64,000 nt of DNA from Bugula neritina (taxonomy: Eukaryota; Animalia; Bryozoa): assembly GCA_964035545.1 (NCBI GenBank), contig OZ037766.1:1054001-1118000 (forward strand), written 5' to 3'. Shown piece by piece: positions 34,801 to 49,800 of the stretch. The position numbers and the translations under genes are program-made. Numbering within the stretch: position 1 is the first letter of the stretch; the number at the start of each line of letters is the position of its first letter. The notes beneath the pieces were generated by a model. It was not told the origin of the DNA, searched no databases, and saw nothing but the letters and a program-made list of their open reading frames with translations.

Positions 34801-37800
34801 TACTGAGACAATGAAATTAAATATATCTATAGTTCTACTGGTCTAGCTTTAAGTTACACCTCTTATAGTAGTACTAGTAGTACTATAAGGATGATAAATT
34901 AACGTTTAACTTATAACTATAGTCTCACTGATCATAGTGTTAGTTAAAAGATAAACTTGAGTATATATAATGGTAATTCTTCATTAATATTACAGTTTTC
35001 TATTAAGTTGCGTCTGATAACTTATTACATTTGTAAGTGATACCAAATATATGTTTAGTGGTCTAACCTGTATTTTGGCGAATCTCCATGTTTTTCAAAT
35101 CTTTAAATAAACCCCTGTGGAAGGGCAGTTCGAAAGTCTTTCTACAACCAGCTATTAAAGAAAGTGTATTATTAGCTTGCATTAAAAGCCAACAATGCTC
35201 TGTATAGCCTGAAATAATGGCTTGTTGTATGTAATCCTTTCAGTAAAAGCTATTCCTTTTATGCAAAATTTGCTTTATTTGTGCACCTAAGTAACTTCTT
35301 ACGAGTACACCGCCGGATTGAAATAATTTCTTTGTTCAAATACCCACTGTACACCTAGCTTATAATTTATAGCCAGTATACAGATTATACACTGTATACA
35401 CTAACGTTTAAGCTATGAGCAAGTTTCAGAATATGGTATCATATTTTCAGGATCGAATAAGTGCATGGCGAAAATTCATGGTTATGTGCTGGTTATTTGG
35501 AGAAGTTTAGAAGAAATGTTGCCAATTAAGAATATGTTTAACTTTAATATTGCAAATTACCAGATGCCTGAAGTTTTGAAATTTTAGTATTTTGCATCAA
35601 ACTTAGGCAAAAATTTTATGCTTTAACAAAATAACCACATATACCCCATTCTAACATTGCAAAGACAGATGTTACCAAGTTGATACATGACTTGTGCCAG
35701 CAGCTTAAACCAAAATATAATATTAATATTATTTGATGGGTGTACATAAATTTTGTTGATAACTAAACAATTTTTTAAAGATTGGCTCAAAACTGTTGGT
35801 TTTACACAATTTTTTATGTAGACACAGTATGTGAATCACACCAATAGTGAGTCAAACTGATTTAATAGACTAATTATTCCAATTTGTTGGCAATTTTTGA
35901 GATAAAGTTGAAATGTAATTTTTAATGATTGGCTTGTTTATAAAGTCACAGTTTATTTTAATGATGTCGAAATTTACAACTTTATTTCATTATCTCACCA
36001 TATAAAATTCCAAAATTTCTATTGAAAACTGCATGCATCTAAAAATAGCTGAGTAACTGATTCTACTAGGGCATTATTTAAATTTACTTATTTGAATTTA
36101 TGTCTTAACCCTTCCCAGATCACAGATACATGTATTATGTCTTTTTAAACTTTTTTATTCACAGGTTAATTGAGCGAGTACGCCCAGTAAATGTACAAAC
36201 GATACCGCCTATGTTAAAGTTTTAGCTTTAGACCAAATTACTTCAAGATTTATATAAGCAATGTTAAAAATGCACCTCAGTAGTTTATAGATCATTATAG
36301 ACAATAAATCTGAATAAATGAAAAGCTACAAAGCCAGCTAATAACTTTTAATTCAATACCAGAATACTAAAATTAGCAGTACATTTTGCATTGTTTTTAT
36401 AACTTAAAAGAGTTAGCTATTTGGCAGCCTTGTAGAATTAAGCGCAATGACTCTGAAAAGTTAAAAGGTTAAATGAATCATACGTAAATTTGCTAATAAT
36501 TGAAAGGAATAATGTCTGGACTGTTATTATGAACTATATAGCATTGAATGGGTTCAATAACAGGGTTGATTTGGAGACTTTATAACACCAACATTTATAA
36601 ACGTACTCTTTGATCATTAGACCAGTCTTAATAGTTAATACATCAATGGATCTCTTGAAAGATTTTTCATCAAATAATATATTTGTAATTTACCGGTATA
36701 TGTTGTACAACTAAAATAATGGAAATTCATTTAAAATTGTGTTTGGCAAAATATACAGTACTTCGATTAGGTTAGCATATGATTATCACATACAATAGAT
36801 ACCTTTTCATGTACGGCTCACAAATATAATGTTATATAACAATGCTAGCTAAAAAAACTATGATTGATCAACTTTTATTCAGTTGTAAAGTTAGTTGGTT
36901 TTTAAATTTTTATCCTAATAACTGTTCATAACTCATTGCTCAACTTGTTGCGCCTAAAGTCATTCCTGAATGAACTACTTGCATTCAAGGCTGGAGTAAC
37001 TATTAAAGCTGCTTGACTATTAGGTTTTTAAGGTGCTTTAGTCAGGTTTGGGATTTGGAGTTATATAACTATATATTATAACTATTTATACGTCAACCTA
37101 AAAGATTGTCTTTATTTAGAATAGGGTGCTGTTCAGAATTAATAAATAGAGAGTGCAGATTGTCTTCAAAGTCCAGGTCTAAAGTTAAACATGAATATAA
37201 ATAGCTAATTGCTATATTTATATTTTTGCCACTATAAATTGGTTATCTACAAGCTGCTTAGCTGCCTCACTAGAAATTGTTATATATGGTAGCTTAACTG
37301 TTTTAGCCAAAGCCAGTAGTCTTGGAAAGTAAAGCATATAAAGTATATACCCAGTGGTCAAAATATCCATGTGTAACCATCTGGTATAGTATTATTAAAC
37401 AGGGCAACTTAGTCTAAACATTGCTCTTTTGTTTTACTGGAACTAACAACAGCTATAAGTTACTGCCGCTGAACTGAAACTATAGTTCAATAGTTACTGC
37501 TATATATTTATCTCAATCCTAAGTAAATAAGTCTTATAAATATTATGCTTTGATGCATTATTTCCATGTAATCTTAAAATTTAAGTAGGCTCTTACAATA
37601 TTATTATGTAATAGTCCTTCATTTGAATAAGCATTAAACTCCTTGTTTACTACTCAACAATAAACATATACCGTGCTCCTGCAAACATTTGGTTGTATAA
37701 ACTACATAAGCAAAGCATTAATATGGCCTACGTAGCTGAGTGATATTTTTGTAGTTTATTAGTTTACCTCAGTTGGAAGCAATGGGACTAATTTGAAATA

Positions 37801-40800
37801 ATGACCACTAAACACCAATCTGTCACATAATGAGACAAGACATTTTTTTCTACTACTGAATTTTAGTGCATATATATATCTTCTTTTAGCCAATCACTTG
37901 CAATGATTTCAGGTAAAAATGGCACAGGTAAAAATAGCACAGGTGATAATAGCACAGGTGATAATGGCACAAACGGAAAGTTAGGTAAAAATAACAAACT
38001 GATGTAAAATTTTCTCAAACCCCAAGTCCAAACCACCCACCTGAAACCCAAGCCGCCAACCTTGGAATCCAACCCCAAACTCAAACCTCTATTCCAAACT
38101 CCGATCCCAAACCCAAAACCCTAATTTTGAAATTGTACCATTATTTGGTGATTAATCAATATTTGGAAGGCCCATTGCTTCGAAGGTGCATTAGTCCTAA
38201 AATTAGTAGAGATAGTATTATATCGCTGAGAATATCATAAATTTCACTCACAATCTTGCTATATTATTGCTAGCTGTAGGTGGCATACGTGTGGCCTACT
38301 TGTAATTTTTTTAGCCTGAGATTACTTTACAATGCTGCTTCAATCAGGGCTACATAATATATCAACATTCTATTGTGGCTGTCTCATAAACTAAGTACAC
38401 AGCAAGCTATTCACTAGCCTGTCAGCTAGCAAGCCTGTAATTAGTAATCTATAAATTAGTATCTCCTCATCTCTTCATCTGAGTGTTGTGCAAAGGTAAT
38501 TTAATTAGTATTTTTATTTCACAGTTCATATAAAAATGACAGCTATGGGCAATGAACTCAAAATAGCCAGTTCAATGGCTATAGGGACTGCAATTCTATT
38601 CTAGCTAATGTCAGTCAGCTTATATAGGCCTTTAATATGCTTACTATATTAACTGAAAAACTAAAGTAAAAATATTAAAGCCAAGCAAACATTTTGGGTC
38701 TGCTGGACTGTATTTATGATAAGCTTGATAAAAGGTTACCTCATAGTTTATAAAAAATAGTTTGCATTTTATTTTGGCACCAAAAAATTATTGGTATATT
38801 CAATGAAATAGTAAATTTCTGGCTTGGCAATTAATTATTTGATATCACATTTAATCTCTAAAAGTATTTTTAATATCAGTAAATGCAAGCATTTAAGACA
38901 AAAAAAGATAAACATCTTGGACGCTACTTAAAATTAAATAACCAAAGCTGCACGCACACCATACCCCAAACAAAACAACTCTACAAGATATGTAGATAAC
39001 TGATAAGGGCAAAATTATTAGCATATAAGAGTTCAGGCTTGCTAAATGAAGCCTCACCTAACCTAAAAGTTAAAAACTATGTTGCATATCTTCCTGTTGC
39101 TCAGAGCAACTTTTTGAAATGTTCAATGAATAATTTTAATTCTAATAATAATTCTACTAATTTTCGGACTAATGCATTTTAGGAGCAATGCACCTTCAGA
39201 ATATTGCACCGTCTCCCCATTATTGCTTGTGCCATTATTACCAAGTCTTGCCATCTTTAACCTGGGTACCAACTTGAAATGCATGCTGCTTTGTTATTAC
39301 AGCATGAATGAAATATTTATTTGGAATTTTGATATTGATGATGTTAAATTCATAAACTTATGTGTTGAATTTACAATCTTAAAGTAAGCTATTCTAGCAA
39401 GCTAACCCACCAACCCTATTCTTGCATGCTTTTAAGGGTTATAGTTGATTGTATATGTGCTTGTTTAAATAAAGATGCTACCTAGGCTGTTATTAGGAAT
39501 TATTTGCAGCTTTACACTATTTACCAAACTTGCACTTTAATGTAGCTATAGAAACTATTCTGAAAAATGTTTTGTACATTAGGAAGCACAGATAAAAAAT
39601 TACCATGTGAAGATTATTTTGCTAAAACTCAGTGCTATCCCAGCCAATAAAATTTTACCTTAAAGTAGTATATTTGTGAACTGCCTTAGCCTCTGATACT
39701 TAATTGTAGTATAGTGTTTACTGGCTAATTGTATTTTCTAATTCTAATAATAAAGGGTACAACAAACGATTATACCAATAATTTTTACTAAAGACTGCAT
39801 GTCAAACTTCTAGCTCACCTTGCCATCTATTCTTAATTACAGTTTGAAATACATCTTGCTGGTCTAAGACCTAAGTTCTTGCATTGAAACATAGACTTTA
39901 TTCAAACTGGTAAGACTAAATTAATTAGTACCAACACTGCAGGTAACGGTGGGTAGTTGCGGGTTTGGAAATATTTAGCATCACTGTTACATCTTACCTA
40001 CTCTTTCATTTGTCATTATTACCTTACCATTATTAATTGTGCCAATATTGCTCGTGCATGTACCTGTGCCATTTCTGTCAGACACCCTATCTGTTACATG
40101 GAGTTGTCACAGGGGGCTTTCCTAAACATTGTAGATACAGTTTCTTATAGCAAAGAACAAAACTTAGAATATTTCACTCAGAATTTGTGTTACTAATTCT
40201 AAATAATAGCTCAACTATAAACAAACCCATTATATGCTAGCTAGCTAATTCATTAGTTTCATACTAAGTTCCAAAATGTTACATAATCACCCAAATGCTA
40301 AATTTAATAACTCATTGTTGCTATAATAACAAGGACAGAATGTATTGTCCGTTGTACCAGCAACAGCTGCAGCTATAAGCAGCCCAGTAAGCCTTGAGGA
40401 ATATTTTCAAACACATAATTTTCAACAGCGCGGCCACGATTAAATTTTAAAGTATTAATAAATTCTATGCTCAATATATGCAAAATTTGCTACAAATATT
40501 TTTAGAAACATGCAACGAGCACTTGAACTTGAAAAAATTTATTTAAGTTATTATGGTGAGATATACCAGCGGTGTCATTCTACTTAGACGGTTTTCACTT
40601 ATACCGTATTTGTAAATTTTAGCGTAATATATGTATTTTATACTATTATTTAGCACATAATAGAAAGCAAGAAGCCACCAGCAAGCCATTTACAGTAACA
40701 ATGCTTCTATAAGAAGCCATCTTGCACAAACCTTAAACCTAAAGGTAAAAGAGAGACAAGATATAATAAGAAAAAGTTGCAATATAGCAGTACGTGATAT

Positions 40801-43800
40801 ACCACGAAATGCATTTGTGTATTTGATTCTGTTTTTCTGAATAAAATAAACTGTAGCTAAACTTGTATTGAGTCAAAGCAAATAGCTGGCTTAGTAGCTT
40901 GTTTCATGTTTAGCAGTAAATGCAACAGTTATATTTGCATATTACTACATACATTGTACCAAAATAAAAAAATAGTCCAAGTGGTATGAAACCTCACCAG
41001 CACTACAATACTCTAGTCTAAGATGGTATCATGTTTCCTCATGATTGTACATTGCTGGTTATAGGAACAAAATAATTTTAAGTTGTGGTATGCAAATCTT
41101 ATGTACATATTTTCTTTAGTTTTTATAGAATACATTACTGTTTATTCTGCTAAATAAATAAATACTTATAAGTCATATGCACAGTCTGCATTGCATCTCA
41201 TTTAGCTTATTGCTAAACTCTGACCAAAGTAAAACTACGAAGCCAGAGTAACGTTAGTCCAAATGACATGAAACTGAATATCAATATAATCTATATTTAA
41301 AGCTAATAAGGCATGAGTATTTCAAATTTATATGCATACTATACTACCACTTTATCCTATACTAAAATACCTGTAATTTCAACTGCAGTATAACTAAGTT
41401 TAAGTTTTTTAAATTAGATTATTTCTGTGTGTTTTCCAGGTATCATCTTGTTTAGACGCTTCCCACATAGATGCTGTCTACGTGGGAAGCTTCTATTTAT
41501 ATATTTTATGAATATTTATAGATTTTAGAGTAATATATGTATTTTATGCTATTATTTAGCACACAATAGAAAGTAAAGAAGCTACCAACAAGCCTTTTTA
41601 CAGTAACAATGTTTCTATAAGAAGCCATTTTGCACAAACCTTAAACTTAAAGGTAAAAGATAGACAAAATATAATAAGAAAAAGTTGCAATATAGCAGTA
41701 CGCGATATACCATGAAATGCATTCGTGCATTTTAATCTGTTATTCGGACTAAAATAAACTGTAGCTAAACTAGTATTGAGTCAAAGCAAATAGCTGGCTT
41801 GGTAGTTTATTCAATGTTCAGCAGTAAATGCAGCAGTTATATTTGTATATTGTTATATATATCGTACCAAAATAAAAAATCGACTAACTGGGATGAAACC
41901 GTTTTCCATGCTCAGTGCATCTATATGATGGGTTGGTTCTAATCGCTATTGTTCAAATTTTATCTATCAGTTGGTGAAAATATAGGCAATGTGAGATAAA
42001 TTCACTAGTTTATGTAAAAACTGATTTGTTGAGAAAATTTGATGTAATATATTTTTATTTGTAAAACCTAAAAGTAAAATGTACAATGGATAAATGTCAT
42101 TCATGTATATTAACTTTGTGTATGGTATGTTACAGACCAGTATTTGCCTATCACCCCATCTGGGGTACATGATACAGGTGTTGTTATTAAAGCACTGCAA
42201 ACAAAGGCATTCTTTCTTGAAATTAGTAGTTGGCTGGTGAAAGTAAACATAAGCATTTGTAGCTTTCATGAACCCAAAACCCATCTTTCTCAGAGTTTTA
42301 TTTACTTCTAAAGTTGTTTGTCCCTGTATAGGCAAACACTCTCATTGAAGATTTTTAATGTTGCTCTGAGAAAAACGGATGTCAAAGGAAATATTACTTC
42401 ACAAGCTTCAACTACTATAGTATAAAGAATAAGAATAAGCACTTCATAAAAATTTTAACTTACAAGTTGCAAAGTGTTTTTATTTAAAAAACATAACACT
42501 CCATACTTCATAAATTGATAATATATTTCTTTGGGGTTTTTTAGAAAATATGCCAAGAGACATAAAAATATATTGCAAATGCTAGTGCTGACCATCCTTG
42601 TTTAGAAACCTAAAACTTTTAGTCAACCAAACAAATTTAATCAAAATGTAGAAATCACTTTTCACATCATAAATGACGTATTTCTTGCTTTAAATTTGTA
42701 GTCTAAGATTATTTTCACAAAAGCTCTTTAGATGTTTTACACGTTTCACAGGAAAATGTCAATTATAAAGTGGCTATGCTCTAATAACAGTTGTGACCAT
42801 CTGTAAAAGCTGTGCTTGCTTCCAATACAATAGTTAGTTCATTGAAATATAACTGGAGAGGCAACAACTGAAGCTATTAAAATATTTTATTTTGTAGCTT
42901 GCTCTATTTATCCTACAGTTTAGAAATAAAGTACTTGGTTCCCACCATTTAGCATTGTACTCTTTAAATAGTTCAGGGTACAACTGTCAAAGCATTTTGG
43001 CTGATACACAAAATATTTCAATAAAATACTTTATAACAGCTTTATTCTATTGCATATTGACTAGTCACCCTTAAAGCAAATTATAGCCTATCCACGTTGC
43101 CAGCCAATAGGTTCCACGATAATGTACTAGAAATAGAACTTATCAGCAAAATATTAATAAATAACTATTAAATTTGGGCTTTCAGTTGCTCAGATAAATT
43201 CAAATTACAATTGTCAATCAACATAAAACTAATATATAGTAGCTAGTCTTTTAAAGTGGCCTACAGCAAGAAGTAGTTATTTTTACCGGTCTATGACAAA
43301 ACATAGGAAATATCTATTCTGTCAAATAGTATCTGAGTAGTTGTAAAATTTGTTTAAAATACTTGTATTATGCACAGCATATTATAAATATAATCAAAGT
43401 ATGCCAGCAAATGATACTTATAGTTTACTCTGTTACTACTGAACACTGTAGTAGTATTCACACAATTCACACTGCACTATTGCTATAAGTAGCTCAGTTA
43501 GATATGTAAGCTAGTATAATATATCTAATAACTTCAGTATAGTTATCCATATCTATTGTCTCATGCAAAAACTTTTTATGAAGTTTAATACTTCTAGTGT
43601 AATAGAATATAGTAATGATGTCACTTAGCTCTGGTCCATTTAGAGCTATAGATGATTATATACTAGATTTATCCTCTTTTCATTGGTAGGAAAGCTTTTA
43701 ATCTTTATTCTGGTGCATGCGCTTTCAACACTGCATAGAAATTTATTGTCTTCTGGTGTTTATAAGGAAAACTTGTATCTAGTTGCAGACTATTTCCAGC

Positions 43801-46800
43801 TGTTGAACCTATTTTTCAATTTGGTACCTTTATAATGTGTATATATATATATAGCTATATAACTGTAGATTGATTGCTAAATAGCTGATATGCTATAATA
43901 GCTATAATAGCTAATTATCTAAGTATCCGGAATAATAGTTCACATTTCACAGAATTGCTCATGGCAAAAACAGTAATATGTTAATAATAAACATTATTTT
44001 TAATGAATACCTATTAACACATTATTTTTCAATCAACAAGAAGTAGAGAATATGCAAAATTATTAAATGCAATTAAATTAAATCAAATTAAAATCAATGC
44101 AGATCACAGAAATTTATTCATGTACTGGATATAACAAACTTTATTTAACTATTATATATTATAATATTGTTCAAATAAATATAGAATAAATATTATTGTA
44201 CAAAAATAAACAAATAGTGTCTAAGTAAGATAGATTCAAGTAGGAAATTTAGCTTAGCATCTATAATAAATTGGAACCATCTATATTTGCGATGACAGAA
44301 TATATTAATCGATAATATTTATAATCTACAAAAGTTACAACTAAAAGTCCAAAAGGTTCTAAGGCAGTAGAATCTCAGGGTGTCTTCAATGTTTTGAGAA
44401 GTAATATTTTGGAGTATTGAAATTACATGTTCTTCAGAGTTTATAGGCCAATATTGTTAAAAATAAACATGTTTTGAAGTTGAGATAAAATCTTATTATA
44501 AAGGTTAAAATTGAGAGCATAAAAAGATTATAGACACTATAATAATGTGTTTTTGGTGAATTTTGATTTTATATGTCGGCAAATCTGTTTGGATCTTGTT
44601 TGAGGGATACAATTTTGATTGACTTTATACAACTGGCAAAAAGTTCAGGATGAGTTTGCATTACAGATGAAGGGCTGGCACATGTTTTGGAGGATATAAA
44701 TTTTATTCATTCAGAGTTTAAAAGAAAAGCAGTGCACTGGTGTATTCTGCAGTGCAGATGTATAGAGTTTAAAAAACCTGCATTGCAAAATCCGAATATA
44801 AATATGCAATTTATACTACAAGTTTGTAAATTCTAAACCAGCTCACATATTTCCTGTGTAAATGCAGCAAATGAAAGGATACCTCTTAAAAGATTGTATT
44901 ACTTTAATTGGTTTAACATCCTATATTGCATTGCTTGAAACACCTAGGTTATATAATAAGTCGGATAAAAACATATAAATCTGGCTCCCTACAGCTTTAC
45001 CAAGGATATCAACGATGCAAGTGCTCTAAGCCTATCTATATAACTATAGCCAAAATAATTTATCTAACTAGAGAAGATATCAGAAATTCGCAACAATATG
45101 GACATTGCATCTTGGTTTATAATGAAGAAGTTCCAGATTTAGGATATTATATTTATATTGCTAACAAAAGAATTGCTTTGAAAAAACTGTAAAATTTAAT
45201 CTTCAAAATAGCAAGGTATAGTGCAAGGTAGTTAAATGATCATTGATTTTGTATAAAATAATAAACAAGTTGAAGTATGACTGTTAGTTAAATAAAATAG
45301 ATGTAGATAGTCATATTTTACAACTGATGGCCTAATTCTTGATGCCGCCTAACAGAACTATATATATCAATTGATTCCAGTTAACGCTGTTTTATAATTT
45401 TGAAAGAAAATCTCATGTTGAGTAGGAAAGGCATTTGCATGCTTTTAATAGGTTAATTTCTAGTTTATTTGTTGACTAAAAGTTACCATAAGAAAAAAGC
45501 TGTCTATAATTATGCCTAGTATCTATTATGTACATAATTGCATTTAAAAAAAATCTGTTTACATTTTAAAAATTTCTCAAGTGGCAGCATTGGACTTGAA
45601 TTGATATAAGAATACAACTTAGTTTCCCACAATAAATTTCAAAATGGAGTTGTTTTTAATTTTACTTACACCAAACCAGGCAAAAATGCACACATGCACG
45701 AACCATGTGCGCACAAGCACACGTAAAAACCTAATTATAATTTAATAAGGAGTTATATTTCCAATATACACTATCCTAGTTGCATTGGAAGACAAAATTG
45801 GAGGAAAATATTTCACAGTAACATCTTATGTTACACTTCGACTTAATTAAATTTCAGACATATAACATTCAAGTCCATTACAATATTTTATTTACAGAAC
45901 TCTGGTGCAATTTCAATTTTAAATATTAAAATTCAACAAAACCTAACCAGAACGAATTTTCAAAAGGCATATTTTCAGTAACAGACAACTCTTAAAAACT
46001 TCATCCAATCAAGCGAATTTTTACTTAAGATACTTACTTAATACTACTCCGGTAACTAACCCATAATTTAACATCAGCGTTATTTTTTAAAGTGCAGCAA
46101 GCACATTTTGTAAATTATTAAACGTTTTGTTTTAATCACTATATATAGCTGTCAAGCAAGCTATTAGATAGCTTTTGACACTAGCTTTTATGCAACCCAC
46201 TATAATTAAATTCATGATCACCCAATAAACTTGTTATTTAGTTTTTTCACAAATACACCGTTTATGTTTTTTTAGCCTAAGTTTTCCTACTCAACAGGTC
46301 AAATTTCTTTATTATATTGTCATCAATTATCAATAAAAATAACTTGCCATAACCAGTAAAAAGTTGCCCCTTCAATTTTAATCTTTTATTAGGAAACACT
46401 TTAGATATCTTCTTCTTTGCTCTAATAAATTATTGTTTATAATTACAAAAGTTCTTGCTTTACATCAAACTTTATATAACACTATAAAATAATTATAAGC
46501 AGAGTTGTAGAAATAGAGAGAGTCCGCAACTCCAACTACAAAACTAAATATTTGAGTTGTGTAAAAATAGATTATACAACGTTTCTAATATACATTGATG
46601 AAACATTTTTTTAAAACATTTTAGTAACCTTAGTGAGAAACTGTTTTAGTAACGTTGTTTTATAACATTAACTTTATATTGGAGAAAAAACGTTGCATTG
46701 AAATGTTGAAGTAACGTTTTATTGATGTTTTTTGAAAACCTTTTTGAAAAAAGGTTTATACAACATTTCAAAATACATTCATGCAACCATTTTATCAAAC

Positions 46801-49800
46801 ATTTGAACAACATTGGTATCAATCGTTTCTTTAACATTGGGTTAAAACGTTATGTTTATGTTTGCAGAACAACGTTGTTTGAAATGTTGTATGAATGTTG
46901 TATAAATGTTTAGTAAAACAATTTAGTTAAAACATTTATAAAACATTTTGAAAAAACATTGATCCAACCTTTTTATCAAACATTCTATTAACCTTGGTAA
47001 AAATCATTTATTGAACGTTGAATTAAAACATTGTGGTTACGTTTGAAAGAAACGTTGTATTGAAATGTTGTATAAACGTTGTATTAATGTTTTATTGAAA
47101 CAGTTTGTGCAAAACGTTGATAGAATGTTTTGAAAACAACATTAATACAACCTTTTTTTCAAACACTTAATAAACCTTTGAAAAATACATTTATTAAACG
47201 TTGGGTTATAACGTTAATTTCATGTTTAGAACAAACGTTGCTTTTAAACATTCTACCAACGTTTAACGGATGTTTTGTTACAACGTTTGGGTCAAACATT
47301 TAATGAACGTTGTGATATACATTTATACAACAACTTTTTTCAACATTTGTTAAATGTTTGACCAAAATGTTGACTTTAAACATTTATCAAACATTACCAT
47401 AACGTTAAACGGAAATGTTTGATTCTAATGTTGTGAACAAAACCTTCTGACAACACATCCAAAGGTTGTATAAACGTTTCTTGTTAGTTGGGATAAAACT
47501 ATTATACCGACCTGCTTTTGATTCATTCACAGGGTGCATTGTGTTTAATAGCATATATTAGGACATCATTGGTTCTTTGCAAGCCATATTACCACCTACA
47601 TATTTCTTTGAGAGATAATTTCCTACTGTAGGCCTACTATATAGCAAGTAAATCCATTTCAAAGACCTGTTAAAGAATTTGAGTCATTGTAGGCATTATG
47701 TATATTGCAGTATATTACTATAAAATGTTACTTTCTCTTTCTAACAAGGTCTAAGGTTTGGTATGTTGGTGGGCATCTTCAGTTTGGTGATTGGAAGCAT
47801 TCTTGCTGTAATCTGCATCAACACGAGTCACAGTATTTGGTAAGTGATTGAGACTTATCTCCCCTGTAATAACTTAATTTAAGCTATGTAAACATTTAGT
47901 TAGACTAAGTGAGTACAACCAGTATGTTTTACAAAGTGCTTGTTGATACTCAGAGAGAGATGGCTATCAAACCCGTTCTTCCACACTCTTATGCTGTGCT
48001 GTTGTTATAAATGAATGTGTTTACATTCATTTTATCAAAAAATTAAACTATGTGAAAAAGAATAACAATAGGTATTGGCTCAATTTTCTAATAAAAACTT
48101 ATAAATGCAGGATTCTTCTGATTGGCTACTGCTTCAATGGAGTCACTTCCAGTATGCTGATGTCATCAGGTTCCTTACTTTCTGTCACCTGGTTTCCAGT
48201 GTCCGAGAGGACAACTGCTACTGCAGTCTGTACGATGTCATTGCAGTTTGGCATGGGTTTAGCGTTTGTTACAGGTACATATTTCATTTAGTAGCGCTTC
48301 TCTGTATAGCTAACCTTGCATCTTCAGAAAATTTCGACACTAACTAATATAAAAGCAGTTGTTATATTTTGAGAAAATAATACTTGCGTATAGACATCTT
48401 GTTACAACTTACCAGGTGTTGTCTGTTTTAATAATGTCATAGTTTAGACCAATTTATTCAGAGTATTAACATAACCCAACACCATTAGCATAATGCTTAA
48501 GCTTTTAATTTTCACACATAGGTCTATACCATAAGCACGTGGTGAAGAAAATTCCCTTTTTATTTAATTAAATGACTTCATTGTCCAGGATATTTTGATT
48601 AACCATTAATAGAACTTATTTTATTATTTGCAAGTCTCAAGTCAGCTTAAAATTTGTGAACCGATCAAATATTTTAGGTTTTTGGGCTTAAGTCACATTA
48701 TAAAAGCAGAAACACCACATATACTAGTCACTCTATATTAATGGTCAATCTTTAACTCATTCGTTTTTCGAAAAGCCAAAAGGCTATTCATTATTAGATT
48801 TCTTCAATATATTGTTGTGAAACTGTGCATTCACTAATTGCTGGGTATTTAAAGTAATGCAACACTGCAAAGTTAAAGTGGATTATTATTTAATACCAAA
48901 ATGCACAAGTAAACTATACATCCACTATAAACACTCTATACATAATTACAGACAGAGCGTACACAACTTAACAATAGCTAATTCACTGCCTGACTGCCGG
49001 CTACCCAAGCGTGATAGCTATCAGCTCTAATTACTAAGCTCCTAGCTCCATAGCGTAAGTTACTATAGCGTAGTAGGCAATTACTAGCAGGCCGAGTAGA
49101 TGATGGACCCTACGCATTACGATAGTGGAGAAGTAGCAGGAGAGTTGTCCTTTCGATAACAAGATAACTCCTACACAAAATCCTTACAACATTATATTAT
49201 AGCTGTTTGCTATGCATCGAGTGGGCATTTTAAACTGCTTGCTTTATATATACATGAAGTAGGCTGTTAAATTTCCCAACAAAAAGTAATAATATCGATC
49301 AATGCAATAAAAAACATTTTTATGTCTAAAAATTAGGAATATTTTAGGTTCTTTTTTAACTAAAATATTGATATAATTTCAGGACCATATTTGACTGAAG
49401 TTTACGTGTCAGCTGAGGACGTGAGCAACAGGAAGAATTTAACGCAAGGTATTGTTATACTAGAGAAGAATTTTGGTAATAAGATTATATATTGAGAGCT
49501 TTGTTATAGCTGTTATATAAGATTCACCTATTACTTTTTTTTAATGTGGGTGTTCAGAACTATAGCACAGAGTGTATAAGATTAATTAGAAGAATTACCA
49601 TGTTTCTAGCTAGATTAGTGCTTTTAAACTAATTTCCTATCTTAGAAAAATCTAATTTGCATTGAAAACTCAGATTTGAACAACTTCAAATAACACGCTT
49701 CATTACCAAATATGCTTTACTCTATAGTGTAAGTTAATGTAATATACTTGTATAACATAATAATATTATTAATATAATTACTATTTAGTAAGGATCAATC

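Larger units (their letters stand above)
29454..47492. mobile_element. ~18-kb EnSpm/CACTA (CMC)-like DNA transposon filling intron 1 of transporter copy 1
   Basis: Termini CCCCACTAACAA / TTGTTAGTTGGG, AT on both flanks (2-bp TSD), dense AACGTT-type subterminal repeats at ~29454-29960 and ~46560-47492; no intact transposase. Confidence 0.75.

Noticed and set aside
41967-42335. 122-aa minus-strand ORF as CACTA transposase
   Set aside because: No motif I can recognise; would need an HMM search
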